Under the pieces are notes generated by a model. The model was given only the letters and a program-made list of their open reading frames with translations. It did no database searches and was not told the DNA's origin. DNA of 64,000 bases from Myxococcota bacterium (GTDB lineage: Bacteria > Myxococcota_A > SURF-8): NCBI GenBank assembly GCA_965140415.1, contig OZ223209.1:640001-704000 (forward strand). Direction: 5' to 3'. This document shows positions 9,301-17,048 of the stretch, piece after piece (the stretch's first letter is position 1; every line of letters starts with the position of its first letter). Position numbers and translations under genes: made by a program.

Positions 9301-12004
9301 CGTCTTGCAGCAGTTGCAGCGCGAAGCCGCTGGTGACGGTGGTTTCGACGAAGGCGAAGCGGTTGCCAGTGTAGCTGGCGGGATTCAGTTCAACCGAATT
9401 GAGCAGCACACGGCTTTTGGGCAGGAAGCAGGCGAAGTCGATGCCGCTGTAGGCGTGCAGCGCGTCGGATTCGGGTGCAACGCCGCTGAGCATCTGGTCG
9501 CCCTGGAAGGTGACGGTTTCGCTGAAGCCGTCGGAGTTCTCGTCCGTGATGCGGAAGGCACCGCTGGCGGTAGCCGTCACATCCGATTCCAGGTCCATAT
9601 CACAGGCGCAGGTGGTTTCTTCCTGAGTGTAATCGAACTCCAGTCCTTCCACGTCGGGCAGTTCGATGTCCGGAGTGATGGTTTCCACGACCACGCCGTC
9701 GGTCGGACGAATCTTGGCGATGGGCGGATAGTCGTTGCTGGTATTATCGATACCTGCGTACAGGAAGCCGTCCGGATGCCATCCCAACGATTCCACATCG
9801 GTGTTGTAAGGCAATTCGGCGATATCTTCGATTGTTTCACCGTCGATGTCGATGCGTACCAGTTTGGAGTAGCTGCCGGAGTTGTCCAGGCCGTACAGGG
9901 TGCCGCTGGGACCGAAGGCACAACCTTCGATGTTACCGGTGACGTTCATCACGCGGGTCAGTTGTGCCGTTTCCGTATCGATCGTGTACAGGCGGTTGGT
10001 GGCGGTGGAGATCGCATACAGCAGGCCGTCGGGTGAAGTCGCCAGGCAGTCCAGATCCTGAACGGTGGAACCGTTGTCCTTAAGCCGACCCACTTCTTCG
10101 GCTCGGATGTTGATGCCGCTCTTGTTGGTCGGATCGATGCGGTACAGGCGGTTGGCGATGGTGGAATGACCGGTGTTGTTGATGCCGTAGAACTGGCCGT
10201 TCAGGATCGCCAGCGATTCCAGGTCTTCCAGGGTGCGGTTATTCGGGCTGCGCACGCGACCCAGTTCGGTCACCTGCGGTTCGTCGTCGTAGAGATCCAT
10301 GTAGAACATGGTGCCGTCGCCGTCGTTCACGCCATAGGCGCGGTAGTTGTAAGCGCCCGCACCGTGACCGGAGCAACTGCATACCGGGGCGCTGGTGGCA
10401 CCGGCGGCGGGATTGGAAGGCAGCAGGAAGCGGTCTTTCGGAATGATTTCTTCGCTGCCACCCGGAGGCGTCCACCACACTTGCAGTGCGATCAGCACAC
10501 GCGGTCCTTGGAAGTACTCCACCACGAAATCATGCAGACCCGCTTCCAGGTAAACACTGCCAGTTTTTACTACCGGAGCATGTACGCCGTCGTTGTCGAT
10601 AACCTTGTTGCCGTCGATCCACAAAATCGAGCCATCGTCCGAATTCATTTTAAAGCGATATGTACCACTTCTGGGCACGTCCAGACCCGCCGTGAAGCGA
10701 ATGGTGAACCATTCCAGCAGGGTGTCGTCCACACCGGGGAAACCTTCCTCGAAACGGTGTGTAGGAACGTTCAACTGGCAGGCGGTGATGGTCGATTGCG
10801 GCTCGCCCATGGTGTCAAAATCGGGCATACGGCAACCCCAGTCGTAGCAGCCCAGATCGTAGACTTTGCCCAACAGACCCTTGCCGATTTCAAACTCACC
10901 GTCCGGGCAGAAGGCGGTGTCGCCAACGACTTCCAGCGAGCGCTCACAGGTTGCTTCTCCTTTGGGATTGAAGATTTTCACTTCATAAGAACCCAGCGTC
11001 ATAGGCGCTTCCAGTACGATCTGCGTGGGCTGCACGCTGATAATGCTGGCCGGTTCATCATTCAGAGTCACCGTGATGGTCGAGGTCCATTGACCGAAGT
11101 TCGTGCCGTACACAGTGGCCATGCCACCCTGCAATACCACCGTCGGTTCGACTGTCGCGCAGGTCGGAGCGTCGGCGTAGGTACTGGGTTGACATTCGGC
11201 GGCGGCTTCATCTTCCACCGTGTGATCGGCGACTTCGTCGGGCACCGTGGAAGGAACTTGATCGAAGGAGAAGGAGAATCCATCTACGCCGATGTCATCG
11301 GTAGCAGTCCAATGGAATTCGGCGGTATTTTCGGGGGACCAGGCATCGCTGTCGGGATGTGAGGGGGAATCCACGACGGGAGTCGATGGGGGCGTGCTGT
11401 CCAGTTCTTCGGTGCGATAACTGCGAATGTGGATGACCGGATGCAGAATGTAGCCTTCACCCGGCGCGTAATGCACGGAAGAAGACGCATCCCAGTCGAG
11501 CAGCATGGTAGAGACGGTTTCGTCGTCTGCCTCGAAGTGGAACTTGATTTTCACGCCGCTGCTGGAGCCGCTGGGCACGAACAGGTCGTAGGTGTCACCC
11601 TCGACCACGATCGAGCTGTCCGTCACCAGCAGGCGCAGTTCGCTGTAGGAGCCCGCCGGGATGGAGGTAATGCCCAGGGTGCTGGCCACACCATAGCGCA
11701 ATCCCAATAAATCCAGTGTTTGCGTCTGGTTAGAGATCGTGATCCAGCCGCGCTCATCGTGATGTGCAGCAACTTCGCTGATCGTTAGCCAGACGTTATC
11801 GACATTATCCACCGGTTTGTCGGTCAACTGCACCCGCAAACGGGGCGAGATGTCCGTCAGATCCGGATCATTATAAATGTCTTCGTCCAGCGGTGCACTG
11901 GGGTCGGAGTCACCGGCCTGTTGCCCGCAACCGACAACCAGCAGCACTACAGCGATCAGCAACCACAGCGCCTTGCTCGTTTTGTTTCGTGTTATGTTGC
12001 TCAT
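6314..12004 (-). CDS. Giant multidomain surface lipoprotein (~1896 aa): DUF4382, split Ig-like module, IPT/TIG, PA14, beta-propeller, Ig-like repeat, FGE/SUMF1-like domain, thrombospondin type 3 repeats, NHL-like propeller
   Basis: Lipobox LVVGC; LTDKP..VPSGSSSGVK (DUF4382); SDDGSILWIDGNKVIDNDGVH (PA14); RLPTEAEWE, DMAGNVEEW, RGGSF, IGFRC (FGE-like); DNCPLAANSDQADPDLDGHGEACD (TSP3); start set at ATG 12004 with GAGGGA RBS, downstream of the sigma54 promoter. Confidence 0.85.
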   Translation of the reverse strand: MSNITRNKTSKALWLLIAVVLLVVGCGQQAGDSDPSAPLDEDIYNDPDLTDISPRLRVQLTDKPVDNVDNVWLTISEVAAHHDERGWITISNQTQTLDLLGLRYGVASTLGITSIPAGSYSELRLLVTDSSIVVEGDTYDLFVPSGSSSGVKIKFHFEADDETVSTMLLDWDASSSVHYAPGEGYILHPVIHIRSYRTEELDSTPPSTPVVDSPSHPDSDAWSPENTAEFHWTATDDIGVDGFSFSFDQVPSTVPDEVADHTVEDEAAAECQPSTYADAPTCATVEPTVVLQGGMATVYGTNFGQWTSTITVTLNDEPASIISVQPTQIVLEAPMTLGSYEVKIFNPKGEATCERSLEVVGDTAFCPDGEFEIGKGLLGKVYDLGCYDWGCRMPDFDTMGEPQSTITACQLNVPTHRFEEGFPGVDDTLLEWFTIRFTAGLDVPRSGTYRFKMNSDDGSILWIDGNKVIDNDGVHAPVVKTGSVYLEAGLHDFVVEYFQGPRVLIALQVWWTPPGGSEEIIPKDRFLLPSNPAAGATSAPVCSCSGHGAGAYNYRAYGVNDGDGTMFYMDLYDDEPQVTELGRVRSPNNRTLEDLESLAILNGQFYGINNTGHSTIANRLYRIDPTNKSGINIRAEEVGRLKDNGSTVQDLDCLATSPDGLLYAISTATNRLYTIDTETAQLTRVMNVTGNIEGCAFGPSGTLYGLDNSGSYSKLVRIDIDGETIEDIAELPYNTDVESLGWHPDGFLYAGIDNTSNDYPPIAKIRPTDGVVVETITPDIELPDVEGLEFDYTQEETTCACDMDLESDVTATASGAFRITDENSDGFSETVTFQGDQMLSGVAPESDALHAYSGIDFACFLPKSRVLLNSVELNPASYTGNRFAFVETTVTSGFALQLLQDDCSYQTVAEGSLKTANEYIFAQGNHGSFWLKLDDVTVTNDIDSSMLAALEAQDEPAVLMFNIQIEPGPQHLGSIQHKIKSGMLVEGLYSFTLQAGRDVIGSEDPDLPACPDPSEHVTSKEGSAVYEDVADGIWYFHVRTVDDSGNWGETAHYMVKIDASAPEAPVVSSPTHVSQDMEYQNNDPRFVWTMSDLSGIAGYSYTVDTEPATMPNEQIDSTVSEMDYTDMQPGEYYFHVRGQNNAGLWSEPTHFHFVIADADAPEPTIPPGYSFEARAVYQMGCPDGKQCYTDEKQHYVEVGPILIMQYETTNRQYRECVTKYNQTPQHCEIDTDCPNMHYCNDNNYCATGCEHQPTQEADYWRAGRDTHPVTYVDWSDAKKYCISQGLRLPTEAEWEVAAKPRGEGRYPWGDTYEETAANGMDMGQNTTMKVGQFNGKNPGYEDGSTCNGTRCIFDMAGNVEEWVADNYHTYPDAPDEDSAVSHPYVDGEEECRMGCHGDTACLANCSNKVTRGGSFLSDARQLRIFQREKRPALLKSDNIGFRCVMDWVEPTMVTEVCDGVDNTGDGEVDEGFDDTDQDGVADCVDDDDDNDDVLDEDDNCPLAANSDQADPDLDGHGEACDPDGENLEVTYAGLSRPWDVVVDNDGSIYVAGSKDGSTILSSDQSKTGAVLSINDLHRRTGQVQLADDTSANTQYEDFRPNKVSLSPQGYLYVTDTGSSSDDGIWKIVRNSRTNQLGQSQSPDFRNGDAGSTQRFFMGDNTQRGIDRTSGNVVDNNGGWIYVTRSNAKQVVRFALETNGAVSDEQGQNGELIAQFNSSLTAPAIDAQGNLYYIRKNRLYRQRMIDGELQSPEQLSDGNSFRNVSAMKFNATGNLYILHQKGTSNKWPFVGSYSDRQVPAKSGYISKVPAAVLAHATSSNIIRHGDETKQMLVYGGPASREILFGSKRLNGPRGFAFDSAGNFVIANTDDDEVVVLSPATSRLVATIATDGEFEGLE

Positions 12005-12073
12005 TCCCTCGCTCCCTTGTTTGCGCCATGGTCCCCATTTTGCCATGGCAGTTTCAACACGCCTATTAGTAGG

Positions 12074-12090
12074 AGCAAATTCAGTGCCAA
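12074..12090 (-). promoter_or_regulatory. Sigma54 (-24/-12) promoter of the giant lipoprotein gene
   Basis: Minus strand TTGGCAC-TGAAT-TTGCT matches TGGCAC-N5-TTGCW, 70 bp upstream of the ATG. Confidence 0.88.
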
Positions 12091-12202
12091 ATCGGCCCAT
12101 TTTTTGAATTAATTTTTCCACAGTCATTCCAACATGTTTCGACTTTGCAATGAATACAAATTTCGCAGTCAATTTTTCTCAGTGTTAACAAGCTGACATT
12201 CT

Positions 12203-12221
12203 GTGTTAAGAATGTTAACAC
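12203..12221. promoter_or_regulatory. Putative enhancer (UAS) for the adjacent sigma54 activator
   Basis: Palindrome GTGTTAA-GAATG-TTAACAC ~150 bp upstream of the predicted start site; weaker companion site at 12183-12198. Confidence 0.72.
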
Positions 12222-12346
12222 TCATGGTCTTCCAGTGAGTATAGAGAATACGTAAGAAAAACATACAATTCCCCGATGCCGCAGGGCGGTTCAAGGAAAT
12301 TGTTTGGTGCGCCAAACTGGCCGCGGAAAGGCTGAGTCGTTGGGCG

Positions 12347-13648
12347 TTAATTGTTTTCTTCCGGTTTTTCCAAGTTGTAGTTTTTAATTTTCTTATAAAG
12401 CGTAACTCGCGATATCCCTAGAACTTCACTAGCTTTTTTTATGTTCCAATCCGTGATCTTCAGAACGCGCCGAATATGCTGACGTTCTACATCCTGTAGA
12501 TTATAGCTCTTCAATTCCGTTTGTGTCACGCGTTTACGGTAACTTCTCAGCATTTGGTCTACGTCCTGGGTCAATATCGTCGTGTCCTTGGCCATAAATG
12601 CCAGGCGTGTGATGACGTTTTCCAGTTCGCGAACATTGCCGGGCCAATCGTAACCTTGCAGTTTGGCAAGCGCCCCATCCTCGAATTGACGCGACCAGGG
12701 GTCTCCGTAGTTTTCCTTCGAATGGCGTTGCAGAATGTCGATGGCAAGCACCGGAATATCGTCCGGGCGTTCGCGCAGCGAAGGCAGATGAATCGGAAAC
12801 ACGTTGATCCGATAAAACAGATCTTCCCGGAATTCCCCGGTTTTTACCATTTCTTCCAAGGGGCGATGCGTGGCGGCGATCATGCGCACATCCACTTTGA
12901 TACTTGCCGCGCCGCCCAGCCGCTCGAAGGTTTTGTTTTGCAGCACGCGCAACAGTTTGACCTGGTTGGCGATGCTCAATTCTCCCAACTCATCCAAAAA
13001 CAGCGTTCCGCTGTCCGCCAGTTCAAAGCGACCCAGCTTGCGTCCGCTGGCACCGGTAAACGCCCCTTTCTCGTGGCCGAACATCTCCGTTTCAAACAGC
13101 GTGTCAGGCAACGTCGCGCAGTTTACGGCGAAGAAGGGATTGAGCGCCCGTGGGGAAAGTTCGTGGATGGCGCTGGCTACCAGTTCCTTTCCGGTGCCGG
13201 TTTCGCCGTGAATCAGCACGGTGGCGTCTGAACGAGCGATAGTGTGGATCATTTCGAAGACGAGCTTCATTTTCTCGTCTACGCCGATCATTTTGGACAG
13301 GTATTTTTCCTGCACCGCCGAACGTTTTTCTACCAGGCTTTTATTGTCGCTTAGAATCGAGCTGACGTTTTCCAGCAGGCCGTTGTCACCGGCATTGCGC
13401 AGACGATAAGCGCGGCCACCGGGAATCGGGACTTCCTCCACGATTTCCTCGGAAATCATCGGGGCCAAACAGGCCATGACATCGCGCACCAGTACCCCGG
13501 ATTGTTTGGATAAGCCCCCGATATCGTATACCCTTGTAGGATCTTTGGCGAAAATCGAAAGTAAATGAAGGCGTAAAGGCGAACGCATCTGATGGTACAA
13601 GGGACTCGACTTGCCCAGTTTCAGATCCCAATCGACCGTATTTACCAT
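12347..13648 (-). CDS. Sigma54-dependent transcriptional activator (bEBP) with wHTH-like N-terminal domain
   Basis: GETGTGKE, GAFTGA, LFLDE, FREDLFYR, WPGNVRELEN, C-terminal Fis-type HTH; no receiver/PAS/GAF domain recognised. Confidence 0.93.
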   Translation of the reverse strand: MVNTVDWDLKLGKSSPLYHQMRSPLRLHLLSIFAKDPTRVYDIGGLSKQSGVLVRDVMACLAPMISEEIVEEVPIPGGRAYRLRNAGDNGLLENVSSILSDNKSLVEKRSAVQEKYLSKMIGVDEKMKLVFEMIHTIARSDATVLIHGETGTGKELVASAIHELSPRALNPFFAVNCATLPDTLFETEMFGHEKGAFTGASGRKLGRFELADSGTLFLDELGELSIANQVKLLRVLQNKTFERLGGAASIKVDVRMIAATHRPLEEMVKTGEFREDLFYRINVFPIHLPSLRERPDDIPVLAIDILQRHSKENYGDPWSRQFEDGALAKLQGYDWPGNVRELENVITRLAFMAKDTTILTQDVDQMLRSYRKRVTQTELKSYNLQDVERQHIRRVLKITDWNIKKASEVLGISRVTLYKKIKNYNLEKPEENN

Positions 13649-13702
13649 TCATCGACTCCTTTCGCGTTCTCGTGACAAGCTCTCTCACTGTTGTTGAAAG
13701 CT

Positions 13703-13740
13703 GTGTTAAGAATATTAACACTCCTTTTCTGCGGCGTCAA
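13703..13740 (-). promoter_or_regulatory. Sigma70-type promoter of the activator, overlapped by a second copy of the palindrome
   Basis: Minus strand TTGACG-N17-TAATAT with TG extension; GTGTTAA-GAATA-TTAACAC at 13703-13721 covers the -10. Confidence 0.7.
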
Positions 13741-13834
13741 GAGATTTGCTTTTGGTAGTTATTTCAGGTGTTTCTGGAAAATTGCAGAATGCTGTTGGTA
13801 AAGTTTAATATGGGTGCCACTGTCTTCGAGCAAC

Positions 13835-13921
13835 GGGTGGTATGGGCGAAGCGAAGAGAAACGGAGCTTGCCCATGTGATTCTCGAACACGGGCAAGCCT
13901 GCGGCTTTGCCCGTGCCACCC
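13835..13921. repeat. Inverted pair of REP-like palindromes
   Basis: GGGTGGTATGGGC...GCTTGCCCATG facing CACGGGCAAGCC-TGC-GGCTTTGCCCGTGCCACCC. Confidence 0.55.
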
Positions 13922-14219
13922 CGAGTTCAGATAAGTTTGCAATCTTTTGCGATGTACTCCCCGATATAATCTGGTATTTAAAAAGGGTTGCAAGCATCAT
14001 TTAATATGAAGTAGTATGAGTGACGATTCATCAAGCCATAACGGCTTACTTGGAAATGGGATTTCGCACCGGGTAACGTGAACGCCAAAAGACGAATGTG
14101 GAGGAGTATCGATTCTCCAAAGCGGCGGTCTGAAATGGGGATGTTCACTGTTGTAAAATGACCGGTCCCGTTCGTTCTCTTGCATGATGACGCAACGGGT
14201 TTTCGCAAGGAGTAGTGCT

Positions 14220-17045
14220 ATGACACGCGGTATCTTGGTGGTGTGTTTGGGATGGCTGATGTTGCTTTCAGCCTGTTCGAGTGGTGACGATCCGGCGGCA
14301 GTAGCCTGTTTAACGGACAGTGATTGTCCGCTTGGGCAGGTCTGTGACGGCGGTTTTTGCGGTGAGCCTGCGGATGACCGCATTGCCTGCACGATCTCGG
14401 AAGAATGTCCGGCGGGATATTTCTGCCTGAGCGGCTATTGCGTAGAGCAGAGCGGCACAGACGGCGATTCGTTTGTGGGTGAATGTCGCGAAGACTACGA
14501 CTGCGACAGCGGCTATCATTGCGAGGATAATTTCTGTATCCCCGATAACCTTGTGGACGGCGACCATTCCGATGGCGACACGCCGGATGGCGATCAGCCT
14601 GATGGGGACCAGCCGACCGATGGCGACACGCCGATCGACGGCGATACGCCGATCGACGGAGATACGCCGATTGACGGTGATACGCCGGTGGACGGTGACA
14701 AGCCGGTGGATGGTGATCTGCCCGATGGTGACGGCCCCGACTGCACCAGCAGTGCCCAGTGTAACGACGGATTGTATTGTAATGGCACCGAAACCTGCGT
14801 GTTAGGCGTTTGCGAACCTGGCGAAGCGCCCTGCGACGATGAGATTTCCTGTACCGACGATGTCTGCAACGAGGAAAACAACAGTTGCGCTCATACCATC
14901 AACCACACCACCTGCAACGACGGCGATCCCTGCAACGGCGTGGAATACTGCGACAACGTGCTTGGCTGTCAAAGCGGTTCGCCGTTAAACTGCGATGATC
15001 GTATCGCCTGCACCGACGACAGTTGCGTACCTAATGAAGGCTGCTCCAATGTCGCCAATAACGGCAATTGCGACGATGGTGACCCTTGCAACGGCGAGGA
15101 AGTCTGCGACGTGATTCTGGGTTGTCAACCCGGCACAGCGCTAACTTGCGACGATTCCATCGGTTGCACCACGGATCGTTGTCTGACCGGCCAAGGCTGC
15201 GAAAGTACGCCGGATAACAGCTTGTGTACGGGAGAAGATGTCTGCGAGCCGGACCGCGTTTCCGCCGATCCGCTGACCGGTTGCGCTCCGCCGCGCAATT
15301 GCACGACCGATGCGGATTGTCAGGACAACACGCTGTGCAACGGCGCGGAAACCTGCAACGACGATCAGATCTGCGAACCGGGCACGGCGGTTAATTGCAA
15401 CGATGAAATCGACTGCACCGAAGATACTTGCGATCCCGGCACGGGACAATGCAGCAACACGCCGAGAAACAGCCTGTGCACCAATGGCAACGCCTGCGAC
15501 GGTGAGGAAATCTGTTCCGCAATCGAAGGCTGTCTGCCGGGTACGACGCTTAACTGCGACGACAACATCACCTGCACCCAGGATAGCTGCAACAGCGACA
15601 CCGGTTGCGTACATCAGCCGGTCAACGGCCTATGCAACGACAACGTTCGTTGTACGTTAGACACCTGCGATGCGGCCACAGGTTGTGTCAATACACCGGA
15701 CAATACTTTCTGCGACGACTTCGTTCCCTGTACCGTCAATACCTGTGATGCTACGCAAGGCTGCGTGTTTATACCCAATGACGGCGCCTGTAACGACGAT
15801 TTCGAATGCACCACCGATACCTGTTCGGAGCAATATGACTGCACCTACGTGCCCGACAACAGCGCCTGCGACGATGGTATCGATTGCACCGACGATCTGT
15901 GCGAGATCGGCGTCGGCTGCCGTAACAACGCCGAAGATTCCAACTGTCCCAGCGGTCAGATCTGCGATGCGGAGTTGGGCTGTGTCGATCCGCCTCCTTG
16001 CGTAATCGACAGCGACTGCAACGATAACGACGCCTGTAACGGTGTGGAAACCTGCGTAAGCAATGAATGTGTGGACGGTACGCCGCTTAACTGCGATGAC
16101 GGCATTGCCTGTACCGTCGATTCCTGCGACCCGGCCAATGGTTGCGTCAACCGGGCGGATCATTCCGTCTGTAACGACAACAATGCCTGCACCGTGGATC
16201 TGTGCGACACCGAAGAGCAGTTCGCCTGCGTACATTTGCCGTTTAAAGACGATGACAACGACAATCACAGCGATGTGTTCTGTGGTGGCGACGACTGCGA
16301 TGACAGCGACCCGAACGTCTATCCGGGTCACGAGGAAATTTGCGACGACGGCGTAGACAATAACTGCGACGGTAACACCGACCAGGAAGAAGCCATTTGC
16401 GCGCCCTGCTCGGGAAGCTGCCCCACCGGTTATGAATGCTGTGGCGGTCAGTGCGTGGACGTGCGCTACAACAATACCCATTGCGGTGCCTGCGATACAC
16501 CCTGTTCTACCGCCTGTTTCAACGGCGAATGTCTGCCCGCCGGAAAATGTGCCAACGCGCTGAATAACTTGATTACGGACAACTACCGCGACAATGGACG
16601 CACCACCTGTGGCCAGGGTAACAGTTTCAATCCCAACAGTTGCAGCGTAAACGCCAGCGGTGAGGATCGTGTATACGCCATCAAGCCGCGAGCGGGCAAC
16701 CTGATGGAAGTAGTCATGTATCCGGATAATTCGGAAGACTACGATGTCTTGTATTTCCTTTCCGACTGCCGTGACATGAACTCCTGCATCGATTACGACA
16801 GCAGCGGCAACTGGTCGAACTTGGAGTATTCCGATTCCAACACCGGAGAGATCTTCTTCGCGGTGGTCGATTACACCCAAAGCGATTGCGGACGTTACGA
16901 TTTCGAAGTCAACTACGACTACACTCCCAGCGATTGTCGCCAGGGCGGCCTGTTGCCCTTCGGCGGTCCCGCTTCTACGGTAACGGGTGTGCTGGTCTGG
17001 CTTGGCATTCTGCTATTACTCTATCGTCGTCGGCAACGGCAGTAA
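14220..17045 (+). CDS. Cys-rich repeat surface lipoprotein with DGD linker and C-terminal sorting-like tail
   Basis: Lipobox LLSAC; repeated CDDxIxCTxDxC and CNDGxxCNGxExC units; DCDDSDPNVYPGHEEICDDGVDNNCDG motif; Cys-TM-RRRQRQ tail; AAGGAG RBS before ATG 14220. Confidence 0.85.
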   Translation: MTRGILVVCLGWLMLLSACSSGDDPAAVACLTDSDCPLGQVCDGGFCGEPADDRIACTISEECPAGYFCLSGYCVEQSGTDGDSFVGECREDYDCDSGYHCEDNFCIPDNLVDGDHSDGDTPDGDQPDGDQPTDGDTPIDGDTPIDGDTPIDGDTPVDGDKPVDGDLPDGDGPDCTSSAQCNDGLYCNGTETCVLGVCEPGEAPCDDEISCTDDVCNEENNSCAHTINHTTCNDGDPCNGVEYCDNVLGCQSGSPLNCDDRIACTDDSCVPNEGCSNVANNGNCDDGDPCNGEEVCDVILGCQPGTALTCDDSIGCTTDRCLTGQGCESTPDNSLCTGEDVCEPDRVSADPLTGCAPPRNCTTDADCQDNTLCNGAETCNDDQICEPGTAVNCNDEIDCTEDTCDPGTGQCSNTPRNSLCTNGNACDGEEICSAIEGCLPGTTLNCDDNITCTQDSCNSDTGCVHQPVNGLCNDNVRCTLDTCDAATGCVNTPDNTFCDDFVPCTVNTCDATQGCVFIPNDGACNDDFECTTDTCSEQYDCTYVPDNSACDDGIDCTDDLCEIGVGCRNNAEDSNCPSGQICDAELGCVDPPPCVIDSDCNDNDACNGVETCVSNECVDGTPLNCDDGIACTVDSCDPANGCVNRADHSVCNDNNACTVDLCDTEEQFACVHLPFKDDDNDNHSDVFCGGDDCDDSDPNVYPGHEEICDDGVDNNCDGNTDQEEAICAPCSGSCPTGYECCGGQCVDVRYNNTHCGACDTPCSTACFNGECLPAGKCANALNNLITDNYRDNGRTTCGQGNSFNPNSCSVNASGEDRVYAIKPRAGNLMEVVMYPDNSEDYDVLYFLSDCRDMNSCIDYDSSGNWSNLEYSDSNTGEIFFAVVDYTQSDCGRYDFEVNYDYTPSDCRQGGLLPFGGPASTVTGVLVWLGILLLLYRRRQRQ
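14556..14733 (+). repeat. Intragenic 15-18 bp tandem repeat encoding DGDTPI/DGDQP units
   Basis: GAYGGNGAYACGCCG units read directly, with synonymous variation between copies. Confidence 0.85.
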
Positions 17046-17048
17046 CGC

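Noticed and set aside
8951-11218. Insert in the giant protein as an intein
   Set aside because: No terminal His-Asn followed by Cys/Ser/Thr and no Hint or homing-endonuclease motifs; content is extracellular domains
6536-11362. Long + strand ORFs (830, 320 and 398 aa)
   Set aside because: Antisense shadows of the giant GC-rich gene with no recognisable motifs
12005-12172. Longer N-terminus for the giant protein given in the ORF track
   Set aside because: It would span the sigma54 promoter and bury the signal peptide
13764-14004. 78-aa ORFs on both strands in the intergenic region
   Set aside because: They run through the REP-like palindromes and lack a clear RBS or motif
14556-14733. CRISPR-like periodicity
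   Set aside because: In-frame coding repeat with synonymous variation, no spacers and no cas genes
15657-16880. 407-aa minus-strand ORF
   Set aside because: Antisense shadow of the Cys/Asp repeat gene
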